Assembly (NCBI GenBank): GCA_043228905.1
Contig: JBHGNT010000014.1
Span: forward strand, 4,154,001 to 4,218,000
Direction of reading: 5' to 3'
DNA from: Azolla caroliniana
Lineage: Eukaryota; Plantae; Polypodiophyta
DNA length: 64,000 nucleotides
Position numbers and translations under genes: made by a program. The notes under the pieces were generated by a model, which was not told the origin of the DNA, searched no databases, and saw nothing but the letters and a program-made list of their open reading frames with translations. This document shows, one piece after another, positions 61,703 to 64,000 of this stretch (its first letter is position 1; each line of letters opens with the position of its first letter).

Positions 61703-64000
61703 ATCTGTACAGCCCATTAGTGGTTCAATTCCTTCCAAGCAAGATAGCAATGTGTTCCTAGCCCAAGTCATTGTTAGTACTAAAAGTACTCCCCCAGTAC
61801 CCGTCCTAGCACTTTTAGATTCCAGAGCTAATTCCTGTTTCATGGATCGAAATTTTGCCCAAGCTTCTCAGATATCCTTAAGAAAACTTCCTTGTCCCGC
61901 ATCTGTAGTAGTCATTGATGGTTGTCCCATTGCTTCCGGGAATATTGTAGAAGAATCAGAACCCATTCAAGTTGTCCTAGGTAGTTTTGTGTGTGTAATA
62001 TCATTTAATATAATTAGTAGTCCAGAGCATCCCATTGTCCTATGATTACCTTGGTTTGAATTACATAATCCAGCCATAGATTGGAGAACAAGAGAAGTCC
62101 GATATCGACCACCCCAAGAATCAACTCACCAAGTTTCGACCATTTCACTTCATCAACTACGCGAAGAAGGACCCAAGGAGGCAATGTTCCTATTTGCAAT
62201 ATCAGTACATCCTTCTAGCACTATTAAGGACTCCTTAGTACAACTTCCAGCAAAATATCATCCTTATGACGAATGTATTTGACAAGGTAAAAGCTGGTAC
62301 CCTTCCTCATCACGGTCCCTATGACTGTCCCATCGATTTACAACCAGGAACTGAGCCACCATAGGGACCAATTTACAACTTGTCACCCACCGAGTTAGAA
62401 GTCCTTCGAGCCTACATAGAGGAGAACTTGGCAAGCGGGTTCATCCGCCATTCGAAATCTCCGGCCGGTGCACCCGTCTTCTTTGTCAAGAAGAAAGATG
62501 GCTCACTTAGTCTTGTCATTGATTACTGCGGATTGAATAAAGTCACCATCCGGAATAGGTATGCACTTCCTCTTATATCAAGTCTTTTAGAGCGAGTTAA
62601 TGGTGCCAAGTTTTTTACTAAAATCGACCTACGAGGAGCCTATAACCTCGTGCGGATCCGACCGGGAGATGAGTGGAAGACCGCCTTTCGCATGCGGTAT
62701 GGGCATTTCGAGTATACTGTTATGCCGTTTGGCCTAACCAATGCACCCGCAGTCTTCACCCACATGGCAAATGATATATTCAGAGACCTCTTGGATATCT
62801 GTTTGATCATTTATCTGGATGATCTAATGATTTATTCGAAGACCCAGGAAGAGCACGATTCTCATGTACTATTAGTACTAACGCGACTCCGCGAGAATGG
62901 TCTTTATGCCAAGCTAGAAAAATGTAGCTTTGACTGCAAGCAAGTGGAATTTCTAGGCTACGTCATCTCCTCAAAGGGCATCGCCATGGATCCAGCTAAA
63001 ATCCAAATTGTACTAGAGTGGCAAATTCCACGGTCGGTACGAGATGTACAATGTTTTCTAGGTTTTGCTAACTTCTATCGTAAGTTTATACAGGATTACT
63101 CGAAGATTATTTTACCTCTCACACAACTTATGAAGAAGGGCCAAGCATTTCTTTGGTCCATAGAAGCCGATATGGCTTTTTGGCATCTTAAGAAAGCCTT
63201 TACATCAGCACCAATTCTAGCTCATGTGGATACAAGCAAACCATTCATCATGGAGGCCGACGCATCAGATTTCGCCCTCGGTAGCATCCTTTCTCAACAA
63301 GGCGATAAAGAAGAGTTGCATCCGGTGGCTTTCCATTCGCGCAAATTCGATGTCGCAGAAATCAACTACGGAAAACATGACAAGGAGTTATTAGCCATCG
63401 TGGATTCATTTGTACAATGGCGGCATTTCTTAGAGGGCTCTCCACATCAGGTCATCGTCTTTAGCGATCATAAAAATCTTGCTTATTTTCAGAACGCTCC
63501 CGTACTAAATCGACGGCAAGCTCGGTGGGCGCAATTCCTCACGCGTTTCAACTTCAAAATCACATATCGACCGGGGAAGCAGCAAGGAAAAGCAGATGCA
63601 CTATCACGACGTTCATATCTTGCACCTCGTCCTGGTGACGCAACATTTGATAATCAAAAGCAAGTAATCTTGGGACTAACACGATTGCACACGACGCGGA
63701 TTTTTCACACCCCGATGGATTCACGGATTACCGATGACATACGTGCAACCTTGAAGACGGATAGTTTTGCTCAAGACATCCTGGCGCACATTGATACTTC
63801 TCGGGCACCCTGTTCTCAGTCTCAACAACCAGGTATTGACTACCGACAATTCGAATATCATGATGGTTTGTTATTCTTTAAAAAGCGCGTATATATCCCC
63901 CATTGCTCCTATCGCCTTCAAATCGTCCAACATTGTCACGACACCCATACGGCGGGACATTTCGGTAGTACTAAGACGTTGGAGCTAGTGCAACGATCTT

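Larger units (their letters stand above)
59997..64000 (+). mobile_element. Tcn1-like (chromovirus-type) Ty3/gypsy element: 5' LTR, gag, PR, RT, RNase H, integrase start; degenerate, runs off the window
   Basis: Starts TGTCATGA. TATAAAAG at ~60180. Gag KFDGTRSQFRGF..PMEID..CLYCGGPRHIAINC; PR LLDSRANSCF; RT KIDLRGAYNLVRI..DEWKTAF..MPFGLTNAP..IYLDD; RH EADASDF; INT HDTHTAGHFG. The LTR 3' end (~60340) is uncertain. Confidence 0.9.

Overview
Eukaryotic plant nuclear DNA; the TE lineages suggest a seed-free land plant such as a fern, which is inference only. The left third holds two intact spliced genes on the minus strand: a 9-exon CGI-58/ABHD5-like alpha/beta hydrolase-acyltransferase (5421->1781, ~408 aa) and a 7-exon STAR/Quaking-type KH RNA-binding protein (20532->16739, ~291 aa). 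They sit among hAT-type MITEs, a solo LTR and decayed LINE/RTE fragments. From ~25.1 kb to the end is a deeply nested retrotransposon pile. (i) A deleted Ty1/copia element (25127-39041) carries a full-length L1/Tx1-type LINE in its 5' LTR and a Ty3/gypsy element in its 3' LTR, and a later ~6-kb inversion (~29067-35110) scrambles all three. (ii) An RTE LINE is interrupted by a three-LTR tandem gypsy (39564-47941) and by a third gypsy at 49140. (iii) A stack of four copia pieces is topped by a Tcn1-like chromovirus that runs off the window. Main signals read from the sequence: (1) a GGAUUUU slippery site + stop + H-type pseudoknot placed between protease and RT, with compensatory base changes between two diverged gypsy families; (2) 72-nt tRNA-like Pol III A-box/B-box cassettes embedded antisense at the U3 edge of the LTRs of two unrelated gypsy lineages; (3) 4-bp CpG-centred target sites for the tRNA-Trp-primed gypsies; (4) a GUUAAAC + hairpin -1 frameshift in the Tcn1-like element. 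Coordinates were counted by hand and no searches were run.
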